Notes under the pieces: generated by a model | The model's database searches: none | Seen by the model: the letters and a program-made list of their open reading frames with translations, nothing else | Told to the model about the DNA's origin: nothing | Position numbers and translations under genes: made by a program | Shown: positions 25,798-39,024 of the stretch, piece after piece | Layout: every line of letters starts with the position of its first letter | Position numbering within the stretch: the first letter of the stretch is position 1 | Assembly: GCA_002633005.1 (NCBI GenBank) | Contig: NMRA01000151.1 | Span: 110,060-174,059, forward strand | DNA: 64,000 nt | Direction of reading: 5' to 3' | Source of the DNA: Phoronis australis | Lineage: Eukaryota; Animalia; Phoronida

Positions 25798-28439
25798 AGC
25801 CCAGACGTTGTTCAGGCCGTTACCCGTTACCTGGGTAGAGTTCAGTCCGCTAGGACCTCACTAAATCTCTGAGCTAAAACCACGTGTTCTCATTCAAAAT
25901 ACATAGAAATATCTCACCTAATCCCACGAAGTCTGGCTTTTTAGCGAGGTCCTAGCCTGAATTGAGAATGGCGGGTCATCAATGGGATCTGGTTACTTTG
26001 CTGTGCGGGAATTAGGAAGTGTCAATCTCAAAATTCCGTATCGGAGAACTTGGAATTAAATAATCTGTAACGAAGGCAATCAGGTGATTTTTTTGTTCAT
26101 TGTAACGAATATTGGCCTCACGATCACCAATTTTCTCCTTTACCGTAACTTGTGTTACAGAAACGGAAGAATATCTGGTGGTAATTATTTTTGTTTGATG
26201 AACAGGATCACCTTACTAGTCAAGTGTGAAAGAACTTTGGTTAAATCATACCTAGATTATAGACAACTCCAGTCTAAGGATAAATTTCATATCGGTTTAT
26301 TAGCATGTAATTTGCTTTAATGCAGTGCAAATTTTTATCAATGTGAAGGTGATTATTTGAGTGAACATTCCAAGTATCGTGTTCCATATGCAGTTAGGCC
26401 TAAGCATAAGTCGGCATGACTACTGAGATTCCAACAACATTCCGTAACTTCTGGAGAAAACTTGATGCCTCAGGGATTTCTTACCCCTATAGTTCACAAT
26501 AATAAAAACTTTTTAAAATCATATGATAAATATAAATTTTTGAGGAAAAATAGTTCAGCAGAGGTGCACAGGTGTCAACTGAAATGTCATGAGTTAGTAA
26601 TGGCCTACTTCATTGGTTTTCACCGACCTCCAGATCAACATCAAGATCAAGATAAACAATTTTTACAATGCTGCTGCCATGACTTTTATACTACAGTTCA
26701 GCGACACGTGACGTGTGCATCAGTGCATTTTACCAATCAAAACAAGTATTACTACTAAAATGCCTTTTGTTAAAAATTTATACACCTTATTCACACAGGC
26801 GCCATTGTATAGTAGTGAGCCTCTTTTTAGCTTAAAAAAACAATGCATTTGCATTGGCGGATCTAGGATATCACAAGGGGGGCCCAACATTTTGTCTGTA
26901 AACATTTGCTCAAAGCACGATTGTAGATCGATGCGCATAGCACCGAATGGGATTTGTCCCCCTCCCGCCCAGGAAATTTCTTCAGCTTTTTCCTCTAAAA
27001 ATCAAGTATTTTCCTTGATTCCGAGCAATCAGTTCGTAACAAATTTGTTGCATTTAAAATAGTGTTCAATTGCCCAAAAGACCAAATCCGTTTTTTGTGT
27101 TGGCAACAATGACGCGATTGCTTTGGAAATCGTCTTAATAAGGTTTGACAAAGAGAGAATTATGAGTTTCTGAGTGATTCACTAAGGCTTCGATTAAAAT
27201 TGACATCTTACCAGCAGCTTCTGTTTTTTCATCATCACTCAGATTCCATTTTCTTTGAAAAATGAAGTGATTTTCGTCATGGCACAGTGGACGACGGAAA
27301 CGGAGTCGTTGTGCCTAGCGCCACAGCCGGTCGCCTGGGATATCGAGGGAGAGCGCCTATACTTAACCATAGTTCCGATTGCGCCGTGTTCCGAATTTGA
27401 CACTTGAAATTAGATCTGAGCCCCCCNNNNNNNNNNNNNNNNNNNNNNNNNNNNNNNNNNNNNNNNNNNNNNNNNNNNNNNNNNNNNNNNNNNNNNNNNN
27501 NNNNNNNNNNNNNNNNNNNNNNNNNNNNNNNNNNNNNNNNNNNNNNNNNNNNNNNNNNNNNNNNNNNNNNNNNNNNNNNNNNNNNNNNNNNNNNNNNNNN
27601 NNNNNNNNNNNNNNNNNNNNNNNNNNNNNNNNNNNNNNNNNNNNNNNNNNNNNNNNNNNNNNNNNNNNNNNNNNNNNNNNNNNNNNNNNNNNNNNNNNNN
27701 NNNNNNNNNNNNNNNNNNNNNNNNNNNNNNNNNNNNNNNNNNNNNNNNNNNNNNNNNNNNNNNNNNNNNNNNNNNNNNNNNNNNNNNNNNNNNNNNNNNN
27801 NNNNNNNNNNNNNNNNNNNNNNNNNNNNNNNNNNNNNNNNNNNNNNNNNNNNNNNNNNNNNNNNNNNNNNNNNNATGAGGCATACTTATTTATGGTCCAC
27901 AGCGCGTTGCGCGCGAACCTGCTTCTTTCCGTAATGTTTATTACACGCTTTATATTTTGTGCAACCAGTTCGAAGCAAAAGTTGTTTTTAAAGTCTTAAC
28001 TTGCCCAGAGGACCAAATCCATTTTTCCTGTTCGTGCATTCAACCACGCCGCGGCAATTGCCGCGCGGCTGGCCAAATCTTCTAATTTTTATTGATTGAC
28101 AAAGAAAGAATTACGAGTTTCTGAGTGATTCACTAAGGCTTCGATTAAAATTTACACCTAACCAACAGCCTCTGTAAATTTCTTCATTGACACTCAGCTC
28201 GTCCCGTTTTCCATGAAAGAATAATTTTCAGCCATTATGAAATCTGGGAAACCCCTTTCAGTTTACTGTCACGTAGGCATGGCGACCACCTGTGACTTGA
28301 ATAGTTGGATTTATTAAAACGCACAGTGATCGAAGTAAACAAAACCAAGGAAACCGAGAAACAGTGGCTTAAGCCAAACAAGTACAGTGCATAAAAGGCG
28401 TGTGCAAGTGAGTGGTGGCGATGTGATTGCTAAACTTCC

Positions 28440-28826
28440 GACCAAGCATTCGCATTGGTGCCCACACACGGAATTCCATTTGTCGTTCACCATATATACG
28501 CCAATTTTCACAATCATCCTTAGAACTGTTCGGATGATAGAGAAGCAGATGCCAAAAACAGACTTGAGAACAGTAAAAATGGCCCTTAGGTGGTACAAAA
28601 TATCTTGAATCTATCCGAAACAGCAGGGTAAGTGTAATGTCACTAATAGAAGCCCATTTGCCACCAGGTGGCACATAGGTAGTCAGATCTGTCCGAAAGT
28701 TCAGTTATACCATCCCATCCATAAAAGAAAGGTGGAAAATTTCATGAACACATGTCAAAGGGTTTTAGAGACACCGGACAGGGATGACGACATAATGCGC
28801 CACATATGAATATGTGGGTGCATAAC
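28440..28826 (+). mobile_element. HINE-like family B, 3' fragment
   Basis: Shared subunits and terminal hairpin CCACATATGAATATGTGGGTGCATAA. Confidence 0.65.
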
Positions 28827-31179
28827 TATTGAAATGTCAACAGTAAACGGCATCCTGTAAATATTATTTCCGTCAAACTTAACCAGAGACAGATTGCAAT
28901 CACAATCCCTGGGATGTTGATATAAATGACATGTATACAGCGGAGGATGTTACTTGCGTTATGTCCATTCATCAACAGAAATTTAGGTGAGTAGGAAAGA
29001 AAATTTTCACCATGTAAAAAGTGTAGTGCCTGAGCACAAGTCAGGAGGTAACCTGTACCTGGCCTCTAATAAGCTACGGGAAATGAACAGATTTGAAGAA
29101 CCGACCAAAATACATGTACAATAAACATGATCACATAGGCTCTTTATTGCACAATTATAATAAATATTTACTATCTAACATCATAAAATAGTCCAGAAAT
29201 GTATGCGCTTCGCAATGCTCATCTCAGATACCAACAATTTCCCTTGTTTAGAAATACATTACATTCAAACGGATCTCAAAATTTCCTGTCATTGTTACAA
29301 TATACTGTATTTGGGTAGCACATTTTCTGATATGCAATATCTGTTGAACATATGATACTTTTCATTATTGATGACCTTTATCTTGTTTCTCTCATAGTTC
29401 AGAAACAATCATTGACATCCCGAAGTGCAATAGTACAACAGTTGACAGAGAGATGAAAGTGAAATGACACAGTATTGCAAAACACTTCTGTTTCATTCTT
29501 AACAAGGTTAGCTATGTTCTCAGTGGAACATAATGTGGGTGTAGAAAATGATTGTGAAATACAACCAACAGGAGGTAACAGGAAGGTCACGCAAACAATG
29601 GTAATAAAAATCATAAATAATGAAAAGTGCTGTGCGTTCAACGCATTTTGCATTGTTACAAAACCAATTTAGGAACTGAACTATCACACGTGAATTCCGG
29701 TGGAGATCAAAACAATCCTATTAATGGAAATTTCTGACTTTGTCACATTCTTCTGACTTGTTGTTGCTTCCAATTATCTAGTTGGGAGAGGAAAACATTT
29801 CCATTACAGTATGCAGAGGTTTCAGACACAGTTTATGTGTTTAACTTGGTTCAAAATTTTCCTTTTAGGCAGCGTATAAGATGGGATGTCCCTTTAAGTC
29901 TACTGGTCCTGATGAGCAAACAAAAAAAATGAGCCTGAATGAGTAAAGTTAGAATAAAATCTAATTTGAAAATCCATTGTCAGTGTATAAAGTTTGGTAA
30001 ATTCATCTTCTTTTGTCCAATATCTCAGCAAAGCTGAGACAAAAAAATGCCCGCTTTCCCACGTAACTGACGACAACTATTCAAAACATTCTTTTCATTG
30101 TGAGTGCAAACCATCAATAAACCTATTAGTGAGGAATAATTTCATTAGTTTTCTTACATTCCATATGTTGGTCACATCACATGACCTATAGTTAAAACTT
30201 TTTACTGTAAACCATGTGATCTGACCAACAGATGGAGTGTATGGAGACCAATAATTATAACTTATACTAGAACCACATGACGATTCATAACAGCACAATT
30301 ATATTTATAACCCTAGCATCACTAGTTTTATTCTTAGTACCATTCCAATGGAAATATCTAAATACCAGATTTTTAACAACACCTTTCATAAAATTGAAGT
30401 GGCAAGACACTTCAGACGATTACACAAAATAAATGCACTCTGAGGAGTGACATTTGGCCAAATTGACTGAAAAATATGACGGTGAAGGCAGTAACACCAG
30501 TGACTATGCAGAAGATGACCTTGAAGACCATGACATTGTCGACGATACCATCAACATCAGCAATGTCCCAAGTAACACCGACAATAACACTGATGACGAT
30601 GATGACACTGCTTTCAATATGGACACACTGACAACGATCATGGAGCCACTAACACTGACTAGCCAAGGGAGATGAAAACATCAATGCCATCTTGAAAAAT
30701 GGTCGCCACAGCATGAGCTAGCAGCCAGTTTTAAAAATGCAACTTTTCGCGGGATACTATCAAATTCCATATTGTGAGAAAATTTCACATAAATCGCAAG
30801 GACAGGACAAATGAGGTCTATGTCATTTGAATGATCAGAGAGGTCAAGAACCGAAGATGTTTGTGACACTTAAGATGGCTGCTGCAAGCCTTAGAAGTAT
30901 ACCGTCATCAGTGGACATCACCAAATGTCGAATAACCTAATAAAACAGTCCGTTGCATTAACAATGAGAATTCATATACGACATTTTCACCAAAAACATT
31001 GAGAAAATTGTTAAAAGCTCAAGTCCTAAGATGATATAGGATAGTATTACCATCCATAAATAAACAATTGCAGTGCAACACATTTTTAACCTATACAACT
31101 AGTCAATCATCTTTGACAAAACAACTCCCTAAATTATGTAGCTTTGAACACACGGTGTACACAGATAATAGCAAATCTA

Positions 31180-31410
31180 TCACAACAACTCGGGAACTTT
31201 AAGAGCAGGCAACATGGAGTCGACACAGTTGATCCAGAAGTTTCCACATGACGTGTGGTATTGCCGTCCACCGTATGCGATCTTGCGATTGTCCGCAATT
31301 TTGGTTGATGTGTCAAGGTCTAGAAGACATACCCCGCAGGTGGTCAGAAGGGAGGAAGCGTCACTGGAAGTTGGACCGCAGTTGGAATACTCGAACAGAC
31401 TCGAATCAGG
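31180..31410 (-). CDS. SYNRG: Synergin gamma last coding exon (Cys/His-rich C-terminus)
   Basis: PDSSLFEYSNC...CGVCLLDLD...KIAYGGRQYHTSCGNFWINCVDSMLPALKVPELL* matches the SYNRG C-terminal CGVCLL / YGG.QYH..C.NFWINCV motif. Confidence 0.93.
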   Translation of the reverse strand, partial: PDSSLFEYSNCGPTSSDASSLLTTCGVCLLDLDTSTKIADNRKIAYGGRQYHTSCGNFWINCVDSMLPALKVPELL

Positions 31411-31924
31411 CTGTAAAATGAAACGAAATAATTTGCATTGGCATTCACTTCTGTGACACTAACATGAGGCATGTTCAACATCTTAGCTAATAATGCCTTC
31501 AGCAAGTACATGAAAGCTTCATCAATTTCAAAATACAATCCCAAAAGAGAGTAATATTTAATTTCTCAAAAATTTTCAACAAAAATAAATAGCAAGAGTT
31601 AACTGATAGACAGAGAGAGGGAGGGAGGGAAGGGGGGAGGGAGTGATGGAGGGAGGGAGGTAGGGATGGAGGGAGAGACTTTCAGTTAAGTTGACAAATA
31701 AAACAAAGGCACAGGGGATGTACTAGTAAAAACCAAAGGCAAGGGTAAGGTACTTCTTCACCCCCATCTCCATTCATATTGTATAGTAGTTTTCTAACTC
31801 AACACTCATAATTTTTAATTTCTTTGAAACACAACCAACTTTAATTTTCTAAATTAGGTTTGACCACTTCATTACTTGTCACTGAATTGGCACAACTTCT
31901 ACTAGTTCTGTCCAACCAAAACCA

Positions 31925-32324
31925 GGGCCCAGGGTCTAATCTTTGTACTCGAAATCCAACTTGAAGTTTGTTTTGACATTTTCCGTTCCACTTAAATACT
32001 AACTCAAGATAAGTGTCTAATTCTATTCTCGAGAGCATAATGGTTTACACAAATTGGTCTTCAGTCCACGTTCGCACTTGATGACTGCTAGATTTGAGCT
32101 ACAAACTCAAGTAAAAACTCAAAATTTCAAGTTCAGATTTAAACTTATAGCTTGAATGCTAGGGTCATCAAGCAAACTAGGATTAGATAGCCATCTATGT
32201 AAACGATAACATACTCAAGCACAGAATTATTGACTCTTATCTCAGGTTTGTGTTAATGTAGAACAGAGAATGTCAAAAATATGTTTGAGTTCGATTTCGC
32301 ATACAAAGATTAGACTTTGGGCCC
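31925..32324. mobile_element. Old, diverged fold-back MITE
   Basis: GGGCCCAGGGTCTAATCTTTGTA / TACAAAGATTAGACTTTGGGCCC termini, with degenerate symmetry extending inward. Confidence 0.65.
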
Positions 32325-32574
32325 AGAGCTCCAGATGCGCAAAAAACAGACAAAGACAAACAATATATGTAATGTGTTTAGAGCTGCATTTCGTCTTGTT
32401 TAGCTGGCTAAAAATGAAAATTGAATTAGGCCTTTTATTCTAATAAAACCAGTCTCATATTCTTTACAGTGACGGAATTCAATTTCTCACATGACCAGGA
32501 ATGTGTTACGACATGACTAGTTAATAAAACCGAGTGTAATTTTTTTGATATTACATGGGCGAATCACAAAGTAG

Positions 32575-33075
32575 TGCAAAGTAGAAATCCATACACCATG
32601 CATTTTATCGTCTGCAAAACACTAAAACAACCAAGCGCGCACCAACCTAACAATGCGGGAATTCCGAGAAGGTGACGAGGTTATGATTGACAAATCGGGT
32701 GTTGCAACTGTGCGTACTCCCAGTCGGAAGGACATGCAAAAAACTTCTTAAACAGACCCATCTTTGGCTGTGAATTCCATATCCACGTTCATTCAAACGG
32801 AGATGAGCCCCCACTCAAGAAATGTGGCGAGAATGTCTAACTGTGCTGTCTCAAGGTCAATTCAGTGCTCACGCTTGGGGAAGCTTTGTTGACTGTTATT
32901 TATAAACATTTTTTAAGTTTTAATATTACAACTTCAAAGACTATTAGATTCTAACTTGAACATTTGCTACTAAAGCTGAATACAATTTACAATATTATTG
33001 CTAAGCTTAAAATAAGACTATTAACAAAAAGTAACTGAATTACTTGACATTGCGCAAGCGTATTTTTACAAAAGT
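32575..33075 (-). repeat. Dispersed repeat, inverted homolog of ~15860-16325
   Basis: About 500 bp reverse-complement similarity, e.g. CATTTTATCGTCTGCAAAACACTAAAACAACC and AATATTACAACTTCAAAGACTATTAGATTCTAAC. Confidence 0.75.
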
Positions 33076-33154
33076 TGCGTCATGTGGTTGAAAATTTTAG
33101 ACACGTTGAGTTTTTCGGCAAGAAGGATCGTTTTTACGGTTCATATGAGAAAAC

Positions 33155-33295
33155 AAATCCTACACTCATCTTAGATTTAAGACATGGGCAAAACCTCTTG
33201 GAAATTTCGTCAAAATCCCTCAGCAAACCTCGGGATTTTGACGAAATTTCCAAGAGGTTTTGCCCTTGTCATAAACTTGAGAGTTGTGTAGGATT
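33155..33295. repeat. Long hairpin/palindrome
   Basis: Perfect 34-bp arms at 33186-33219 and 33232-33265 with a 12-nt loop, plus imperfect outer arms. Confidence 0.85.
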
Positions 33296-33668
33296 CTCTA
33301 TTTCCGTTACCAACCAGAGCTTCAAAATCATCAACAAATCCATAAAACACTAATTTCAATTGTTATTGGGATCACAAACAGAATTCTAACACGCTAAACA
33401 TTATTATGAAATCAATTTTATGAGATTAAAAGCCTAATTTGATTTCCATGTTTTAGTCACTTAAACATATCAAAATGCAGCTTTAACACAAGAATATACT
33501 GCTTAATAAGACAAATCAAAGATATTCTACCCCCCTATTCATAAACTACTGCAAGGGTATTCATATCATTCAGATAGGAACTCTAGTTGAGCCATAATGA
33601 GCACCCGCCAAGTCAACCTATTGCACATCGACACAGAAAAGTATTCATTCTGGCAGTGCTATTACTAA

Positions 33669-36600
33669 CAGCAGTCCTGTGTACCATACGCAAAAAATGT
33701 GGATTCGTACGGAAATCAAGCCTCCAGTATGCAAGCACACACGGCCAGGCAAAAATACGCAGATTCAGCAAATTCAAGAGATTATTAATTCAATTGTTTC
33801 TCTCTAAATATGCCGATATGTAGTCAAAATCGATGAGGAAGAAGATTTTAAAGTTAGAAATTAAAAAAAAATATATGTTGTAAAATCATTATTTTAGCCA
33901 AATAAGTTGAGCTACAAACTCAAAAAACTCGCTTCGAAATAGTCCGATAATCAGCGAATCGCGAGGCCTCTTCTATCGGTGTGTGTATGTCACAGGCTAA
34001 GCAACGACTTCTGTGACTGTGGATTGCTTACTTCCTCTAATTCCGGCTATATCCGGCTACATACGTATTGTTGTCAAAATGGCAAAACACGAATGACTGC
34101 ATATTCTGTGCTGTGAAGAAAGTAGCTTCTGAAAGAAGGGAACATCTGCTTTTGCCATGTTATTCCAAAGAATGACAATGTCTTATAGAAGGGACCGTGG
34201 AAGTTATACGCAAATTGTGTAGCGAGAACGGTTACACTCAAGGTTTTTTCAAAGGCAGTACGGTGGTACGTGTTCACAGACACTTGCAATGAATAATTAT
34301 TCCAAACTTTTGTGAATGGTTACGAAAGTAACATCCGGTGCAAAACATTGTCCAGTGGAGATTCATAAACACATTTTGCGGAAAGTTTTTGTGTTAAGAA
34401 ATGAGCAGAATGGTGTATATTACTATTGCAGCATGTATTAACATAACTATTTAAGTTTAATAATGAACCTTTCTATTGATTAACTGGATCTTTTCACTAA
34501 GCGCATTGTCCCTCAACCAAACACCTTAGTTTATTCTGAAAATTGGTGATCAATTCACTAGGAGTATTTTAAAAACTGTTTCAGAGGCAAGCACCCAGCG
34601 GGGGCAAAAAGATCCGCCTTAGAAAAACCAAAAGTCTGAGAAAACGAAACAAAATCCACTAAAAGGGCAAGAATTCGGCGAATGCACAATTCATAGCTCT
34701 GAAAAAACCTTTTTTCTTTTTTAAGTAAAAGGTCCACATTGTCAAAAATTCGAGCCCCCCATATTTTAGGGTATATTTGGTCTGTATGCAAAAATCTTCA
34801 AATTTACTGAAAATCTGCAAATCAGGTGTTCAAAGTACTCCAATGCAGTTTTGTTGGTACACAGGTCTGTTACAGCGATCACAAACGAAAGAAGCTATGG
34901 TTTGTGCAATGCAGATCCCAACCAGTTGAGAAAGAGATTGGTGTTGTACAGAACAATTCTGTTTGTACTTTGCTGCATGGAAGACAGAATAATACCCATG
35001 ACAAATTTACTGGCAGAACATCAACAAAACAACAACTGGTTATAATTTTTATATCTTCTGAACAGAACCACTCCCTTTGTATAATCCATGTGTCGTCAGC
35101 CACTCCCATAGATTTTACCGATGATGAAAATACACTGATATACAGATGACAGGAAAATCTTGTGACTTGTGACTGGACTGACTGCAATTTTGGTCAAGAT
35201 GTCATGGTTCAAAATTCAAACTTCATGATTTGCATACCAGACAGCCGTTACCGGCCCACACAGAGTGAAATTGCCATCATTCAGCAAGACGGAGCACTTT
35301 GGAGAAATGGCAAAAAGTAATGATTTCATTAAACTTTGAACTTCAAGAAACTTTACCACAATCCCAGTACAGGAGAGCTGGAATGACTTGGGCTTGTGTA
35401 TTCCTCACCTAGTTATTTCTGCTTTATTTCATTCCATTTTGGAATTGCAGTGGTGTCTTACAATACGCACAATCAATTGGGGTATAAAATCATCAACATA
35501 ACATCTTTAGTTGAACTAGTTACAGAGATTTTGCACTGGGTCCAATTTATGTTCAGAATGTCTGATTGATTTTACTGTAGTCCAGACATTTGTCTGATTC
35601 ACTGCTGGGAAAAGTGTAAACAGAATTTGCTTCCTTTTCCGCTCACGTTTGTGACGAACTTGACGACTCAAGACAAAGAACTACTCTGTTCAGAAGTTGA
35701 TAGTTTTCTCTATAGCTGACCAATGGAAAGTTTTATTCCACTGATTTTCAAAATGTCCCGACAGATTTTGACTTCAGAACAAATGTCTAAGACACAGGGC
35801 TTGAAATGACCAATGACAAAAAACGTGGAAACTTTTACGGCCCAAATCATGCGCGCTACCCAGCCTTGAAATGGTCGATGTGAACCTTTCCCCGACAAAA
35901 ATCGGGAGGACTAAAAAAAAAAGAGGAAAACGTTAAGGAAAATGTTACCGTCATCAGTACCATGCGTCTGCGTCCTTTTAGCTCGTCCATCCACTCCCAA
36001 CCCACACATTTTTGGCTGCAGAGCCGTAGTATTTGTCGCCGCGGTTTACAGTAACACGAGACGCCATTGAAAATCCCACCACGCTATCCCAGATGCCCCG
36101 GCAATGTTGACAATTTACGTTCCTCCGAAACATAAAGAGCAACTTCCGCTTTTCGAGGTGNNNNNNNNNNNNNNNNNNNNNNNNNNNNNNNNNNNNNNNN
36201 NNNNNNNNNNNNNNNNNNNNNNNNNNNNNNNNNNNNNNNNNNNNNNNNNNNNNNNNNNNNNNNNNNNNNNNNNNNNNNNNNNNNNNNNNNNNNNNNNNNN
36301 NNNNNNNNNNNNNNNNNNNNNNNNNNNNNNNNNNNNNNNNNNNNNNNNNNNNNNNNNNNNNNNNNNNNNNNNNNNNNNNNNNNNNNNNNNNNNNNNNNNN
36401 NNNNNNNNNNNNNNNNNNNNNNNNNNNNNNNNNNNNNNNNNNNNNNNNNNNNNNNNNNNNNNNNNNNNNNNNNNNNNNNNNNNNNNNNNNNNNNNNNNNN
36501 NNNNNNNNNNNNNNNNNNNNNNNNNNNNNNNNNNNNNNNNNNNNNNNNNNNNNNNNNNNNNNNNNNNNNNNNNNNNNNNNNNNNNNNNNNNNNNNNNNNN

Positions 36601-38890
36601 NNNNNNNNNNNNNNNNNNNNNNNNNNNNNNNNNNNNNNNNNNNNNNNNNNNNNNNNNNNNNNNNNNNNNNNNNNNNNNNNNNNNNNNNNNNNNNNNNNNN
36701 NNNNNNNNNNNNNNNNNNNNNNNNNNNNNNNNNNNNNNNGCAGTCCTGTGTACCATACGCAAAAAATGTGGATTCGTATGGAAATCAAGCCTCCAGTATG
36801 CAAGCACACACGGCCAGGTAAAAATACACAGATTCAGCAAATTCAAGAGATTATTAATTCAATTGTTTCTCTCTAAATATGCTGATATGTAGCCAAAATC
36901 GATGAGGAAGAAGATTTTAAAGTTAGAAATTAAAAAAAATATATGTTGTAAAATCATTATTTTAGCCAAATAAGTTGAGCTACAAACTCAAAAAACTCGC
37001 TTCGAAATAGTCCGATAATCAGCGAATCGCGAGGCCTCTTCTATCGGTGTGTGTATGTCACAGGCTAAGCAACGACTTCTGTGACTGTGGATTGCTTACT
37101 TCCTCTAATTCCGGCTATTTCCGGCTACATATGTATTGATGTCAAAATGGCAAAACACGAATGGCTGCATATTCTGTGCTGTGAAAAAAGTAGCTTCTGA
37201 AAGAGGGAACATCTGTTTTTGCCACGTTATTCCAAAGAATGACAATGTCTTATGGAAGGGACCGTGGAAGTTATACGCAAATTGTGTAGCGAGAACGGTA
37301 ACACTCAAGGTTTTTTCAAAGGCTGTACGGTGTTACGTGTTCACAGACACTTGCAATGAATAATTTATTCCAAACTTTTGTGAATGGTTATTAAGAAAGT
37401 AACATCCGGTGCAAAACATTGTCCAGTGCAGATTCATAAACACATTTTGCGGAAAGTTTTTGTGTTAAGAAATGAGCAGAATGGTGTATATTATTATTGC
37501 GGCATGTATGAACATAACTATTTAAATTTATTAATGAACCTTTCTATTGATTAACTGGATCTTTTCACTAAACCCGTTGTCCTTCAACCAAACACCTTAG
37601 ATTATTATGTAAATTGGTGATCAATTCACTAGGTGTATTTTAAAAACTATTTCAGAGGCAAGCAAGTAAGAAAAGTACCCATGTGTGCACCCAGTGGGGG
37701 CAAAAACATCCGCCTCAGAAAAACCAAAAGTCTGAGAAAATGAAACAAAAATCCACTAAAAGGGCAAGAATTCGGCGAATGCACAATTCATAGCTCTGAA
37801 TGAACCATTTTTCTTTTTTATTAAGTAAAAGGTCCACATTGTCAAAAATTCGAGCCCCCATATTTTAGGGTATATTTGGTCTGTACGCAAAAATCTTCAA
37901 ATTTACTGAAAATCTCAAAATCAGGTGTTCAAAGTACTCCAATGCAGTTTTGTTGGTACACAGGTCTGTTACAGCCATCACAAACGAAAGAAGCTGTGGT
38001 TTGTGCAATGCACATCCCAACCAGTTTAGAAAGAGATTGGTGTTGCACAGGATAATTTTGTTTGTAATTTGCTGCATGGAAGACAGAATAATACCCATGA
38101 CAAATTTACTGACAGAACATCAACAAAACAACAACTGGTTATAATTTTTATATCTTCTCAACAGAATCACTCCCTTTGTATAATCCATGTGTCTTCAGCC
38201 ACTCCCATAGATTTTACCAATGGTGAAAATAAACTGACGTACAGATGACAGGAAAAACTTGTGACTGGACTGACTGCAGTTTTGGTCAAGATGTCATGGT
38301 TCAAAATTCAAACTTCATGATTTGCATACTAGACAGCCATTACCAGCCCAAACAGAGTGAAATTGCCATCATTGAGCAAGACGGAGCACTTTTATTGAAG
38401 AAATGGCAAAAGTAATGATTTTCTTAAAGTTTGAACTTCAAAAAACTTTACCACAATCAAAGTACAGGAGAGCTGGAATGACTTGGGCTTGTGTATTCCC
38501 CACCTAAATATTTCTTCTTTATTTCACTCCATTTTGGAATTGCAATGGTGTCTTATAATACGCACAATCAATTGGGGTATAAAATCATCAACATAACATC
38601 TTTAGTTGAACTAGTTACAGAGATTTTGCACTGCGTCCAATTTATGTTCAGAATGTCCGATTGATTTTCCTTTAGTCCAGACATTTGTCTGATTCACTGC
38701 TGGGAATAGTGCAAACAGAATTTGCTTCCTTTGGCGCTCACGTTTGTGGTGAACTTGACGACTCAAGGCAAAGAGCTACTCTGCTCAGAAGTTGATCGTT
38801 TTCTCTATAGCTGACCAATGGTGAGTTTTAACGCACTGATTTTGAAAAAGGTCCTGACAGAATTTGACTTCAGAACAAATGTCCAAGACA
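33669..38890 (+). repeat. Direct duplication of ~2.1 kb (33669-35794 vs 36740-38890) separated by a MITE and an N-gap
   Basis: Collinear and highly similar, with scattered SNPs and indels. Confidence 0.9.
35795..36160 (+). mobile_element. hAT-like MITE family A, copy 4 (runs into N-gap)
   Basis: Same sequence, preceded by AAGACA. The paralogous site at ~38885-38890 is empty. Confidence 0.85.
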
Positions 38891-38932
38891 AAAGGAAACT
38901 TGCAAAACCTCTGTAGTTACGGTTTTTCTTAC

Positions 38933-39024
38933 CATCAGATGGCTGCCAGCAATAAATGCCACAAGGTTATTCCAAGCAAGGTCCAAATTCTTAAGTAGCG
39001 AGTCCAATGTAGTGTTTGACAGAG
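38933..39024 (-). CDS. SYNRG: Synergin gamma exon
   Basis: ALSNTTLDSLLKNLDLAWNNLVAFIAGSHLM contains the conserved WNNL motif. Phase 1 to 0. Confidence 0.9.

Noticed and set aside
25836-25965. Telomerase RNA or U3 snoRNA
   Set aside because: No CTAACCCTAA-type template on either strand, and no convincing U3 box A/B/C/D order.
30454-30675. Acidic 73-aa ORF (MAKLTEKYDG...)
   Set aside because: Low-complexity GAY-rich sequence with a TTG start, antisense to the probable SYNRG 3' UTR; no recognisable homology.
34826-35187. ORFs within the duplicated segment
   Set aside because: The reading frames are not preserved between the two copies and show no recognisable domain.
27379-36892. Long ORFs containing X runs
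   Set aside because: Artefacts of N-gaps.
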